From Eledone cirrhosa (lineage: Eukaryota): a stretch of DNA of 64,000 bases. The position numbers and the translations under genes were made by a program. The stretch is from assembly GCA_964016885.1 (NCBI GenBank), contig OZ024743.1, positions 360,716,001 through 360,780,000 on the forward strand, read 5' to 3'. Shown here one piece after another: positions 12,720 through 26,342 of the stretch (positions are counted from its first letter, which is position 1; each line of letters begins with the position of its first letter). The notes under the pieces were generated by a model. That model saw nothing but the letters and a program-made list of their open reading frames with translations. It had not been told where the DNA came from and did not search any database.

Positions 12720-15680
12720 CTTTAGGTCATTCCTTCTCCTTGACATTTCCAATACCTTTCTTAGAATTCATATTGTTCAAAACAAGGCTGTTTTCTGCAA
12801 CAGTCCTGTCCTGGTGGTAATTCCTAACTTCTCAAGCCATGCATCCAGCCTTCTACTAACTGCTCCCAGTGCACCAACCACAATCCGTTCTACTTCTACG
12901 TGTCTGATTCTCCACAGTTTTCCGATTTCTCTCTTCAGCTCCTGGTATTTCTCAACTTTCTCACTTTCTTTCTTCACCCTGTGGTCACACGGTGAAGCAA
13001 TATCCACAATAAAAACGCTGTTATTCTTCTTTCCTACGAAAGCAATGACAGCCTTTCTAAGCATGATAAAATGGTCACACTGGATGTCCCACAAGATCTT
13101 ATAATGTTCATTTTCAACCACCCTTTCAGGTCAGTGTTCATACTATTAATCACTTTTGTCATACTCATGACAGAGCTTCAAATTAATCAATCTGCCAATT
13201 TTTGCGTGTCCTCTCTTGTACTCATTCTGAGTAACCATCTTACATTCACTAATAATGTCATGTATTGTCTCACCTTACAACGTGGGGAATACACTATTCA
13301 ATATTTAACTTGATACAGTTCGATCTTATTTCCTGTTGTTGGGCTGCAAAAATAAGGGCTTCAGTTTCAACTTTTAAATCACTTTTCCTAGTCCATTCCC
13401 AGTTCCTATCTATGTCAACTGTCTCAGGCATTTCACGTAAGAATTGACCATAGATCCGTTTCTTCCATTTATTCAATGTTTCATTCTGTTTAGTACCTTT
13501 ATCTTTCTTATTCCTGCCATCAATCTCTCCTTTGAAATCTTTACATACCTTGCCAGATTATTTTCCTCCGATGTCACACACATTTCTCAGCTAATGATAC
13601 CTCTTCCTCCTCTCTGACGTAATAGAAACAACCTGTCCACGTCCCCATTGAGGTGTAGAGCCCATTTTAGTGTAATAATTTTCCTGGTTTTTCTATCATG
13701 ATCATTAAGTTCATTACATCTACAATCTAACACATCAGTGATATACCTTAGCACTGCAACAGCCCATGTGTTGATAGCCAGTATCTTATTTTTACCACTT
13801 AACTTCATCTTTAACACCAGTTTATATTTCATTAATAATAGTTCTTTCCTTTCCTTCTCTTTCATTTAGTTTGTTTCCAGGATGCCTAAGTACTTATACC
13901 CGATGGCATCAATGTCCTGCATAACTTGTCCGTCTGGTAATTCAATTCCTTCCATGTTATTAATCCTAACTCGCGTCAGTAGTAGTACCTCACACTGTTT
14001 TATACCAAATTCCATTTCTATGTCCCTATTGAATGCATGAACTCTCTGTAGAAGGGAATCAATATGTCCATAGCGTTTCCCACAAAGTTTAAGGCCATCC
14101 GTGAACAGCGGGTGGTTTATCTTAAGCGCCCATCCTCCACACCCACAGCCAGCTTTTGACCTTCTCAACACCAAAGTGGAAAGTACCAAGAGCAAAGGTG
14201 AAAGACTGTCTACTTGAAATATTCCTCTCTTGATCATCACAACTTCAAATGTTTGTCTAACGTTAGCAGCTGTATTATCAAACATTTTCAAACATTCTAC
14301 TATCCACCTATGTGGCACCATGTCTTAAGCCTTCCAGGCCATGGCAATATTTTTGTGTCTCCTTTTACAATCTTTGAGGATCGCTTTATCAATAAACAAT
14401 TAATCCTTAGACCACTTCTTTCTTCTCCTACATCCCTTCTGTTCTGCAGGTAGTGCCTCCTCTAGATATTCATACATTGCCTCCGCAATAACATCTCTCA
14501 TGCGTTTCCACATAAGGAGGCTAGAGATAGGTCTAAAGTTGTCAACTGCATTTGTATTGCTGGGGTCCTTTAAACACAAGATCGTGCTCTCGAAGTTTAG
14601 CCATACTGACAACCTCTCTTATCCATTCAAGATATTAGTCAGTCGCTTATAAAATTTTCCATGAAGGTCCCTCCGCGCTTTTAACCAGAATCCTTGCATA
14701 CCGTCTCTGGCGGGAGCTTTCCAATTTGGTACATTTCTAAACTGGATAGTTACCATATCAATTGTTATCTTTAAATCTCCCTGTTTTTTCTTCAATGTTA
14801 TTTTTGATGTTAGTCAACCACCTCACATTTCTAATGTGCCCTTTTCCGACAATCCACATATCATTCCAAAACTTCTTATTTTCATCATCATCAGGGATTA
14901 CATCATCATTCATAACTATACTATTTACGTCTTGATAGAATCTCATTCAATGTAGTTGGAAACGTACATTCTGTTTATACTGCGTGATCCGTTGTTCATA
15001 ACTCTTTGTAGCTTTAGCAAGCACCTTTTTTTCAGCCACTCAATTACCGTAGTAATCTTCTTTCTCCTGATATTGTACTTCCCTATGAGTTGGTCCATAT
15101 TTCCCCTTTTTTTAATTCACCTAATTTTCTCTTTCCAGAATATCTATATTCATCCTATGCATTTTGACGTTCCTTTCAAATCTCCCTTTGCACCGTTGTT
15201 CGTTTATCTGCATTTGTGTAGTGCGTTTCAGACCTAACTCTTTAGCAACGTAGATACTTGCTGCGTTGATGAGAATGTTGGTTTCTGTGATGGTTCTAGT
15301 TGACACCTTGTCAAAGATGTTGTTTACATTGTTCATTTTTTTTTCTTTTAGCTGATATTGTTTTGCTTTTAATTTTTTTATTATTGCCTCTGATGTAGAG
15401 ATCAGCAATCACCTGTCTTTCTTTTTCGGATATCTCCTTAAGTTAATCAAAGTTAATGTCACCTCCCGCATCATTACGAATATGCAGATGTTCTTCTTCC
15501 TGTTCGATTCCATCATTTTCCATACTCTCATCTCTATTTGAATATCCAAACATCCTGAGTTTCTATATATTCCATACGCCCTTGACCCATCTTTTTCTTT
15601 ATCATTTCAATCTCAATCCCAGATAGCCATCCGTTTTTGCATATTACCCTTATCTGATCACAAATTATTTGTTCATTTAC
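12720..15680 (-). mobile_element. Decayed near-full-length R4/Dong-clade LINE (RT plus RLE)
   Basis: Collinear fragments: [89 protein letters not shown]. Confidence 0.9.
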
Positions 15681-15699
15681 CTAAAATTTAAAACAAAAC

Positions 15700-17880
15700 T
15701 CCAAAACAATATGGCTGAGCCATGCTCCGCCACCTTGAATCTGTTGTCGTGTGACAGAGGTGCAGGCGATGAGGGAGCTAACACCATCTCTAGCGCAAAC
15801 TCAAGCAGTATTGCCAGCAACAAAATCAACAGCAACAGCACCTACAAAAAATAAAAACAAAAAAAAAGACGAATGAAATGAAGGCAACAAAAAGAACAAT
15901 GAAATTAAAAACACCACCACCAACAACAACAACACCAACACCAATTGCAACAACAACAGAGCCAACAATAATACGCCGCAGCAGCCTGAGAAAGGCCATG
16001 CTTCAGCATGGACATTAGTAAAAAAGAGAAAATCTTGGTCCCGACATGGACGTTCATTAAACAACAGCAACTTGGGCCAACTTAAATGTCCCGGCAACAG
16101 CCATAGAAGCAGCGGAGAGGAGAACGATGTTCTCTAGATCAATTTCAGTGCAGAACCCCAAACAGAAAAACGAAGCTACGATGAGGTGCATCAGAGATGA
16201 TACCTAGTATATAGCGTGGGCAGACAACACGGCACCAACTCGTTGCTGTTTAAGTCAGAAGCCCTCGCTGTGAAACATTTGGTGAAACCCCGCAAAAGCG
16301 GCAAGGTCATCATGTACCCTTCCCACATGGGAAAAAGAACAATGTGAATCCGCTTTTTCAGGAGTCCACCAGGACTATACTTGTGGTGGCTCCTGGGATG
16401 CGTGGATGTGGAGGGGACAAATTTCGTCCCGATAAAATTAACAATAACAGTCAGTGAGGAATGTCCGCGGTTGATTTGGAGATACTTCTCCATATCAGGC
16501 CAGAAGACCTAAAATATATCACAGACCACCATCGTCTCCACAACGGGACGTTACTGCATATAATGACTGAGGGATGAAGGCCGCATCTGCGGAGAAACAA
16601 CACATTTGCGAGCTTTCTGCCCTCAGCTCAAAAATGCAAGTGGTCGAAATCCTCCACTGCTGACGATGCCGGGGTAGGGTGCACCACCAACACCATCAAT
16701 GGAAAAAGCACAAGAAGCAAGACCAGTAGAAACTGCTCCATCAACTTTGCCCACCCAGGATGTAGACGAGCAGTGCCCTCCCATTCTCCTACCCCTAAAA
16801 TACATACATAGGTGCAAACACAAACACACAGACATAGATACCTCGTAGTCAATTAGAGAAGATAAGGCAGTACATAAAGCAAAATAAATAACAACAAAAA
16901 AGATGACACACAAAAATATCTCCACACGTCACACGAATACCAGCAACAGAAAATGTAGTCACCACACACACAGCAAACACAAACACTCCTACAACAACAT
17001 CAACGCACTCCTACAACAACATCAACGCCACCGCACCAACTCTATCACTACGACAATCCCCCAAACGCAAACAACAACAAACACAAGAACAAAAGAACAC
17101 ACAAACAACTGAAGTCGTAGATAACACACCGACAACAAACACAGATACATCAGAAAAAAACAAGAGCACTATCCCCACCACAATAACCCAAACACAAACT
17201 TGTTTAACCACAACAACAACAAAATACACAAAACCACGTTCTTATAAGAATCTCCAAACAGGAAATGAGCAAGAAGTCAAGAAATCGAGAAACGGTGATA
17301 TTTTTGGAACGAGGACATTTCGTGTCCCAGAAGATATGTTTCTGGTACGAATGACGCTAAATACCTACAAAGGGTTTACTCTGGATGTGGGAAGTCTGAA
17401 TATAAGACCAACAAGCACACTGTTTAAGGGTTCCCAATAGAGACTCTACCAAATATGGAGGCCGAACCACCCGATCACCACAATCCCCCGGGAGGTAATT
17501 AAACTTTTCTTCTCTGTTTCCGCTTGTCAACATAGCGATACTATGTGTAGGATATTTAAATGTTCGTGGCTTGGGAGTCGTCTTGGAAGCACAGTCACTT
17601 GCTGAACAACCTCAGGTCACTAGATATGGATGTGACTGCCGTCAGCGAGACCAGGATATCTGACACCATTTTCGACGACTATCTCATCATCGAATCTCTT
17701 ATTCGGTTGTGAATGAGAGGTGGAATACAAGTTTTGTTTAGGAAAGGCCTGGATTTCGAAGTAAGGTCGATCTTCCGGGACTGGGACGGTAAGTTTGGTG
17801 GTTCTGGACGTGAACACGAGTGAAGTTGGGGCCTTTAGACATGTGGTCGTCTGCATCCCGGCCCGTACGACCGGTCGAAT
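15700..17880 (+). mobile_element. Decayed Tx1/L1-clade LINE 5' part (ORF1 remnant and start of APE endonuclease)
   Basis: CAA-rich low-complexity ORF1-like region; GYLNVRGL (~17550) and DMDVTAVSETR APE motifs; same layout as 56680-58620. Confidence 0.6.
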
Positions 17881-17989
17881 AGGCTACCGTTTAAAAATGT
17901 AAATAATATATACTATTCTTATGTATTTCTCTAATCAAAAAAACTATATATATACGATGGAGATGACCCTATGCGGTTGATTCAGGTCC

Positions 17990-18230
17990 ACGCTGGCGCA
18001 TTAGGGATATCCAGTCGGTACCTGTCAAACTGTTGGAACTGGCTGATCAGATACTTGAGGCTTTTGCAGCCACCGTTCCGATCACCTACTCTCACACAAA
18101 CCCAGAGTGCGTCTAAGATGCCATTCCAGTTCCCCGCTAATAGTAAAAGGTGAGACGTTCACAGAAGCTTATCCAGGCGCCTAAAGAAATCCGGTCGGCC
18201 GTACCTGGTCGGGGTGCACACGGCCACAAG
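17990..18230 (-). mobile_element. APE endonuclease fragment of Tx1/L1-clade LINE
   Basis: Minus strand translates LVAVCTPTRYGRPDFFRRLDKLL*TSHLLLLAGNWNGILD (GDxN-like motif). Confidence 0.55.
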
Positions 18231-18641
18231 ATTTGTATATGATTTCTTCATGCACAACATTTCTGATTGGTTTTTTCTGACACAACATTTTTTGCAATTG
18301 ACGTCATTGAGTTTCCTGGATAGTCATCAATGTTTGGCTTAACTTCTTGAATAAATTCAAGTGTCCTGATAGAATCAGAGCGTTTGGAATGTTTTATTTT
18401 TGTTTTAATACGCTTCCATCTTCTTCTAACTCACAAAGAATCTTGTGGACAAAAGATCTTCCAACTTTCATAAAACGAGAAATTTCTGAGCCACTATTCT
18501 TAGTCTTGAAAGCCACAATCACAGAATGCCTTTTCATTTCATTAGTAAGCATAATTATTTTCATTGTTATTTTCTGAAATAGAAGTTCAATAAAAATTAG
18601 TCAAATAAAATAATGACTAAAAATGCATGTCCTCAAATACC

Positions 18642-18754
<113 letters not shown>

Positions 18755-19811
18755 ACGCACACACATATATATATATAGGTGTGCGTTGTATGGATATATG
18801 TCATACATTTCAGGTTATATATTGCAATTTAAATTCAATATTTATTAAATTGAAGATGGTTCTTATTTCTCCTAAAATGCATTGAAATTTATAAATTCAT
18901 ATACATATGATTATTTGAAATATTATAAACAGAGCAACGCATGAATGAAACAGAGATTAGGTTAAGATATTATAATCTCAATAGATGAATAAAAGATGAA
19001 AAGTATGAAGCTATTTCTGGTATGTATTTCTGGTATGTATATTAGCTATATTTTATTAAGATTTTTTGTTGTTTATTCTTCTTTTGCAATCATCAAAATA
19101 TATTTCATTACTTTCTCCAGTGATAATAATTGGTTCTGCTTTTGGTACAAGGCCAGCAATTACCCCAGTTCATTTCTCTTGTAACTTGAGCGGGATCGCC
19201 TTTCCATTGTCAATTTGCATTGATCACGCAAAGCCACATTGTTCTCAGAACCACGACACCAATCTTTTGATGCGTGCAGCTTGAACTACTGCCACCCATT
19301 GATTTGGCAAGATTTTTTTTTAGATGGCCGTTTAGCTGCCCATTTGTCAGGTTTTGTTTTTTGTCCTACACAGTACCCAAAATCACCCACCTCGCCAAGT
19401 GGGGTTGCCGGTTTAGTAGCCGACGATCCGATGTGTAAATATATTTGTTTCAAAGCAATCAAATTGGACACAACATGGATACCTTATCTAATGCTATCTT
19501 TAAAAATCATTACAATTACAGTCGGAACGAACAGCTAATAGCATCTAGATAAAATTGGTATATAGATCTCAATTATATATAGTTCTTTCTTACGCTTTTT
19601 CTCTTCTATCAATCGTATCGATCCCTGTACTTTTTTTGTTTCATGTCTGTTACTTATTTTAACGATATTTTTTAGTCGGACTACCATATCAAAGGACATA
19701 ACAATTGGTATGGACTTAAACAGAATTATAGACACGGACACAAATATGAACACCAGCTTCTCTGGTTACTGTCAATCACATTTCACTTGCAATAAATTCG
19801 TCAACCGAAGG

Positions 19812-19910
19812 CTACATTAGAACACACTTGCCTAAGATATGCCGGCCTGCGACTGAACTCGAAACTACGATGTTGTGAAACGAACCCCTTAAAGACACCA
19901 CCCTGGCTGC
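19812..19910 (-). mobile_element. Degenerate tRNA-derived CORE-type SINE head
   Basis: Minus strand GAGTTCAGTC (B box) followed by CTTAGGCAAGTG (start of CORE domain). Confidence 0.45.
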
Positions 19911-21319
19911 ACTATTTTTGTTGGCGTAACATACATATTTTTTTAAGTTTAATTATTTTTTTCTAATATTGCGGGAGGTAAAAAAATAGCGGGGAGATCG
20001 TATTTAGATTGCAGTAAATGACAATGTGTAACCATTTCATTCATATATATACACACAATACAACCAAATATCTTTTTAAGACAGGGCAATGTGGTTTAAT
20101 TATAAACACATTAGATATTGTCTTCGTATTCGTGGCCTTACTGGACACTACGCAGTTTTCTAAATTTCCTATGTTCACGAAAATATGTAAAAGATGAATG
20201 GAGTAGGAATTTGTTATCATTAAAAAGGTATTTTGGCGTAGAAAATATTTCCTTATATATTATTGCCAATGTTTTGTTAAATTTCTCTTGTTATTCACTA
20301 GAAATTCACTCGTTACGTTTTCTACTGTGAAGTAACATTTAAGGCTTCCATTTTTTTCTTTTTGTTGTTGTTGGCTTGTGTTTTCCTCACTAGGTGACAT
20401 TAATTTGATATTATATTCTTCACTGTCTACGAGTATATTCCAAAAGATGTGATTTCCTGCAATGTCGTAATGTAGTAGAGAGGGAAGTGAGTCAATGTTC
20501 CCTTGACACTATGATATCTTTGAAGTCCACCCAAACTACCATAATATCCAAAATAGATAAAGATCTTCTGATTCGGGTATTTTAATTTTTCAGAAGTGAT
20601 ATTGATGCAATCTTCGATGATAAATGCTTGCCAATTGTTTTCCAAATAGAATTCCTTTTTCATGACGTGAGCAGTCTTTACTAATTTCATGCAAATGTCC
20701 TCAAATAAACAAGAAAAGTTTTATAGAGTGTTCCCGAGTTTTTGAGGACACATTGTTTTATCGTTCTAACTTTGTTCTGTTTTGCTACTATTATCATTTC
20801 GATTCCGATAAATGATCACAGGAATCGAGCTATCTTGGCAAACAAAAGCACGCAGTAATTAATGCATTAAAGTCATAGTGTAATACTTTGAGATTGCTCG
20901 TTCACAGGAAGCTGCAAAGTCCTTTGTGGTAATATGTGTGCATAAATGAATGTTTTGTCTCTCGTTTCTTTGTCCACTGGGCAGCGTTTGGCTCGTGTCA
21001 GAGGCTGTGACACTGGGTGTGCCAGCAATACCATTGGTAGTGGTCTAAACTAACAAAGTCCAGCTCAACTGCCGATGATCTTGGATTTCCGTGTCCTTCG
21101 TTTGTATTTTTCTGTTTTAAAAATATTTATTGAGGTTTCCCCTTAAAGAACTGTTTTTCGTTCGCTGTCTTGTCTTCTCTTTGTTACTTTTCTTAAGTTT
21201 GAATATATATGATATTAACCACAGTGTACACTCTCACACGCACACACATACTCCCAAACACAAATACAAATGCAAACAGCTACACACACACATACAGACA
21301 AACACAGACAAACACACTT

Positions 21320-21369
<50 letters not shown>

Positions 21370-22677
21370 GAATGTATATATAGTGTATTTTGCAATGCAC
21401 TGTATGCTTAATTAAAAGCATTTCGAAGACCTTACGCTATTGTTTTAGAGTAGTGACAGTCTCACTTACTTTAAATTTTCAGCAAACAGGGGAGATAAAG
21501 CTGACAGAGCTCTGTTTCGTACTTTTTGGTACTTATCAAAGCTAAGTAATCCACCTGTTTGTTGAAAATCATGAATGTTTGATTCTTATAGAATTCTAGT
21601 AATAATCAGGAACTGATTATACAGAGCGGTTCCCGGTCAAGCATACATTGAAAATATATATTAATCTCTATGTTTGTATGCAGTGTAAATTAACTCACAC
21701 ACACAGACGCACTTACACATACACACTCAAATTCTCACATACAATCACACACATATGTATATGTATGTGTAGATGTGTGTATGTTCATACAAACACACAA
21801 AACTTATAAAGAACACACACAGACATGTATTCATACCCCCATCGTTCGTTATGTTAGTCGTCACAGAAATGTATGTATACTCATACACTCTCACATACAC
21901 TCACACACATATACTTCTCAGACGTTACATAAGTATATGAATGTGTATATATATATGTGTGTGTGTGTTTAATTCTCTGTGTATCTGATTAAATATTTAT
22001 ATAAAGATGTGTGCATGTATGTAAGTTACTAAGGGCTAACGTATGTAACGAATGCGCAAACTCACACATTCATATACAAAATGTTACGTCATCGTGTTAT
22101 AAAGTGTCTGATTATTGTAGTTGATTACAGTAGATTATTTTAGCTAAAATGATATATTGTTTTAATACAAATGAAAATAAAAATTACAAGTTGTTAATCC
22201 CGAGGTCTTACCTAATAACATTTGATTTGAATTGGTCCAGCCGATTGAGAATGCATAAAGAAAAGACAGACAGACACACGAAGAAGTTTGTATATGTAGA
22301 GATAACTTTTCTTTATTATTATCATTGTTAAACTAATGTCTCATATATATATATATATAGTAATAATAATAAATTTGAAGACTAAAATTCAAAGAGGGCT
22401 CGATAAGGATAAATATATATCATCCGTTCATTGCCAATGAACGTCTCTATGAACCACCTAAGAGAACATTAGTCTACGACTTCTTTTATACCATAAACGT
22501 GGTCCTGTCTTTGCTAGTAATTGTTTTTCACCGCTCCTATTAATGACATATTTTATTCGTTTTTTCCTGTTCTTTGCCAGGGAACGTTCCGACGAACCAA
22601 AGTATCGTCTTCCTGTCTTCCTCCGGTTGCAACGTTTTTTGAAATATCCACTTCTGCGTTTACAGATTGACTTTGTT

Positions 22678-22728
22678 AGTTTCAGAAGATCCCGTTAAGG
22701 GTGAAAGCAGCGATTCTTTGCTTAAACT
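22678..22728 (+). ncRNA. Variant type I hammerhead in PLE1 5' pLTR (CAGAAGA core)
   Basis: AGUUU-CAGAAGA-u-CCCguuaaGGG-u-GAA-AGCA..UGCU-U-AAACU. Confidence 0.6.
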
Positions 22729-22880
22729 TTAATGTTATTTTAAGAAATATTTGCTCTACGGTTCTTATATATTTTATATATATTTATCCATATCGAGCCC
22801 TCTTTGGATTTTAGTCTTCAGATTTATTATTATTACTCTTTGTCTCCCGCGGTTGAGCACTCTATTGACTTATATTCATC

Positions 22881-24961
22881 ATGCAGAAACAACATCTGAA
22901 TATTTCTACAAAGAACATACACGTACCAAGCAGGAAAACATACCTAAAACTCCTGATACAGAAAACAGACGCGTTCATTGAAAGGTTGCGTTGGCGTGCC
23001 TTTTATTTCGATAATCCGCGAAAAGCAGACAACAAACAGGATAAATTTGGGTTTAAAACCTATAATAACCCCCCGTGTAACCCAGCATTGCTACCCTTCG
23101 AAAATGATGTCTTGGAATTCATACGGCGTATCAAATCTCGGAATAGGAGCAATTCCTTCCAGCAGGACCCGAAGAATAGAATTCGTTCTATTAAGGATTC
23201 TAATGCCGTGCACGTCCATTCCGACAAAACTGGCAACCTATATCCAGTGGATAGCAGTACTTACCATCAACTACTACATAATGCTGTAACTAAGGATTAC
23301 CGTAAAACTAATCGGTGCGTCATCAATGAAATCAACGATGCTGGGTTTAAAATCACCTCTGATCTCAACATCCTGTACCGGACCGAACCTCTGGACCCTA
23401 TTTCTCCCCACTTTACTCTGAAGGATCACAAATTCAATTTTCCGAACAACCCCTCTATTCGGCTTATTAACCCTACGAAGTCCGATTTAGGTAGACTTAG
23501 TAAAAGGATTCTTGATAGAATTATACCTGAAATTAGAAGTTTGGCCCTTCTTGCACTGTGGAACAATTCTTTCGCGGTGATTCATTGGTTCAACGGCATA
23601 TGCAACAAGGAACATTGCCGTTTTATCCAATTCGACATCAATAATTACTACTCCTTCATCACTTTACCACTTCTCCTTAGAGCTATCAATTTCGCTAAAA
23701 CACTCACAGTGTTAAGGATTTCGAAGTCGATGTCATCCTCAATGCCCGTAAGTCGGTGATTAATTTCGACGACTATATTTGGATTAAAATATTCTATAGT
23801 ACCCCATTCGACGTGAGTATGGGCGCCAGCGATTCTGCGGAGGTTAATGATCTTATCGGCCTTTTCCTTCTTTTCTCTATCAAGGACGAATTCCCCAACG
23901 CTGGCGGTGGTTTGTACCGTGATGATGGTCTTTTGACCATGACTAAGTGTGGCCCTCGTGCTTGCGACAGGTTCAGAAAAGAACTCACAGACTTCTTTAA
24001 AGGCTTCAACCTCTCTATACAGGTTGAAGCCAACCTCTCGGTCGTTAATTACCTCGACGTTACCCTCAATTTATCGAATGGCTTGTATGACTCGTATAGA
24101 AAGCCGAATGATACGCTTAATTACATAAGTAAGCATTCCAATCATCCTGCCAGCATAACCAAGAACCTGGTAAGAAACGTTTCGTTGAGGCTTTCCCGTC
24201 TATCTACTAACGAGCATATTTTCAACGACCATTCCACTTATTACAATGAAGCTCTTGCTCGGAGTGGATTTATCGATAAGGTAGCATATACAGAGTACGA
24301 GTATAGATCTAGAAGTAATAGATCCCGTCGCATTATATGGTATAACCCCCCATATAATATGGAGGTGGCCACACCATTAGCTAAGATCTTTCTATCCATT
24401 ATTACGAAGCATTTTCCCCCTACACATACATATAATAAAATGTTTAATAGGAATACTATTAACATTTCTTACTCTACGACTCCTAACCTTGCACATAATA
24501 TTACAGCTTCAAATTTAGCTAAAGTACCTAGCCGTAGGAACACGTGCAACCCTGTAGTTAGTACTAACTGTAATTGTAGGAATCGGGTTGATTGCCCCTT
24601 ATCCGGGAAATGCCTCTCTAGTAACATTGTCTACAAATGTAAGGGTGAAACACGCACGTCCCGTAAGGCCTACATAGGGTTAACCGCCAATAGATTCAAG
24701 CAGCGTCTTTACATGCATACCCACTCTTTTCGTTACCCTCTAAGAAGGAATATGACGTCACTTTCAGCTTATATCTGGAGTCTAAAATACAGCCACACCC
24801 AATATAAGTTACACTGGGAGATCCTAGCTAGGGCTAGATCGTATAACGGAAATAAAAGATCATGTGACCTCTGCGCCGCTGAGGCCCTGGAAATACTCTA
24901 CGCCACAGACCACATCTTAAACAAAATATCTGAGGCAATTTGGGCTTGTAAACATAAATAG
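22881..24961 (+). pseudogene. PLE reverse transcriptase plus GIY-YIG endonuclease, one frameshift near 23710
   Basis: FIQFDINNYY, FDVSMGASDSAE, GLYRDDGL, YLDVTL, IIWYNPP, CNCRNRVDCPLSGKCL, IVY..YIGLT..FKQR..H, CDLCAAE, ILNK. Confidence 0.93.
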
Positions 24962-25949
24962 CACAACACTTTCCTGTATTACAGCCACACATTATACCCT
25001 AACCGATAGTACGATCTATACGTGGATATTTTACGTCTTGATGTGATAGCTAAGTATATGTTATGTTTATACCATTACTTATTTGCATAGGTAAGTATAT
25101 ATTACCTGTATGTTTTGTGAAGGTACGTATACTTTCTCGTACGTATATTTGATTGTATATGTTATGGCGTATATTTTTATATATTCTGGTACATATGCCT
25201 TTGGTTATGTGTGTACGATTGTTTCGCGTCTGTGTGAGTATGCGGGTTCGTACGTATGTTGGGTGTTTGTACATGTGTACTTCATGTTTTGGTTGACGTA
25301 GTCTCCGAACATTTGTGTATTTACATGTAGGTATGTGTGTGCGTTTGTTATATACGTATTTATTTATTTATATACGTTTATTTAATTATTTATTTATTTG
25401 TATACACGCACACACACACACACACATATCTATACGTGCGTGGTTTTGTATATCTATGGCGAGTGTTTTCGCGTACGCTTGTGTATGTACGTATTTGGAC
25501 GCGCGTATGTATTTATTTCATTTCAATTACCTCTGTATTGTGTTTTATTTACTTTATTTTTAACTCTGACGCGGAGAATCATTTGGTTTCCTAGTTAGAA
25601 TTTTAGTCTACGACTTCAGCTATACCATTTACCTGGTTTTGTCTTTGCGTGCTATTGTTCTCCACGCTCCACATATGACGTATATCTTCGTTTTTTCCGT
25701 TCATTACCAGTGAACGTCTCTATGAACCACCGAAGAGAACATTAGTCTACGACTTCTTTTATACCATAAACGTGATTCTGTCTTTGCATGTAATTGTTTT
25801 TCACCGCTCCTATTAATGACGTATTTTATCGTTTTTTCCTGTTCTTTGCCAGGGAACGTTTCCACGAACCAAAGTATCGTCTTCCTCTCTTCCTCCGGTT
25901 GCAACGTTTTTTGAAATATCCACTTCTGCGTTTACAGATTGACTTTGTT

Positions 25950-26000
25950 AGTTTCAGAAGATCCAGTTAATGGTGAAAGCAGCGATTCTTTGCTTAAACT
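25950..26000 (+). ncRNA. Variant type I hammerhead in PLE1 3' pLTR
   Basis: Same as the 5' copy but stem II is CCAguuaaUGG (compensatory change). Confidence 0.6.
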
Positions 26001-26171
26001 TTAATCTGTTATTTTAATTAATATATATATATATATATATGCAAAAGTTCTATTTAAAGTTGTTGGGATACAACAAGTAAATATTTTTATAACTGATATA
26101 AAGCACTCGACAAATGTTTGGAGTAGATATACGATATTAATAAATGGAATCTATATTTATAAAACCATATT

Positions 26172-26236
26172 TATTTCATTATACATATTTCAGGGATACC
26201 ACATTAAATTATGGTATGCCTTCATCAGACAAAATA
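26172..26236 (-). ncRNA. Type I hammerhead ribozyme
   Basis: UAUUUUGU-CUGAUGA-AGGcAUACCA..UGGUAUcCCU-GAA-AUAUGUAU-A-AUGAAAUA; canonical core, 8-bp stem I with wobbles, palindromic stem III. Confidence 0.85.
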
Positions 26237-26342
26237 CAATATATAACAGTTTTACAAATAGCTTTGACGTACCCTTTTAAAATACAACCATTACTTTTGG
26301 ATGCTGTCTGGATAGTGAGTTGTTTATATAATAAGTCATAGT

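Larger units (their letters stand above)
22358..26017 (+). mobile_element. Penelope-like element (PLE1, Hydra-clade-like), near full length
   Basis: RT plus GIY-YIG ORF, ~320-bp direct pLTRs (22423-22743, 25696-26017), 5' inverted tail copy (22358-22420 vs 22776-22838), (TA)n on both sides. Confidence 0.93.

Noticed and set aside
20427-20690. 87-aa ORF with faint resemblance to a pogo/Tigger DDE region or a host exon
   Set aside because: No catalytic motif or convincing splice context
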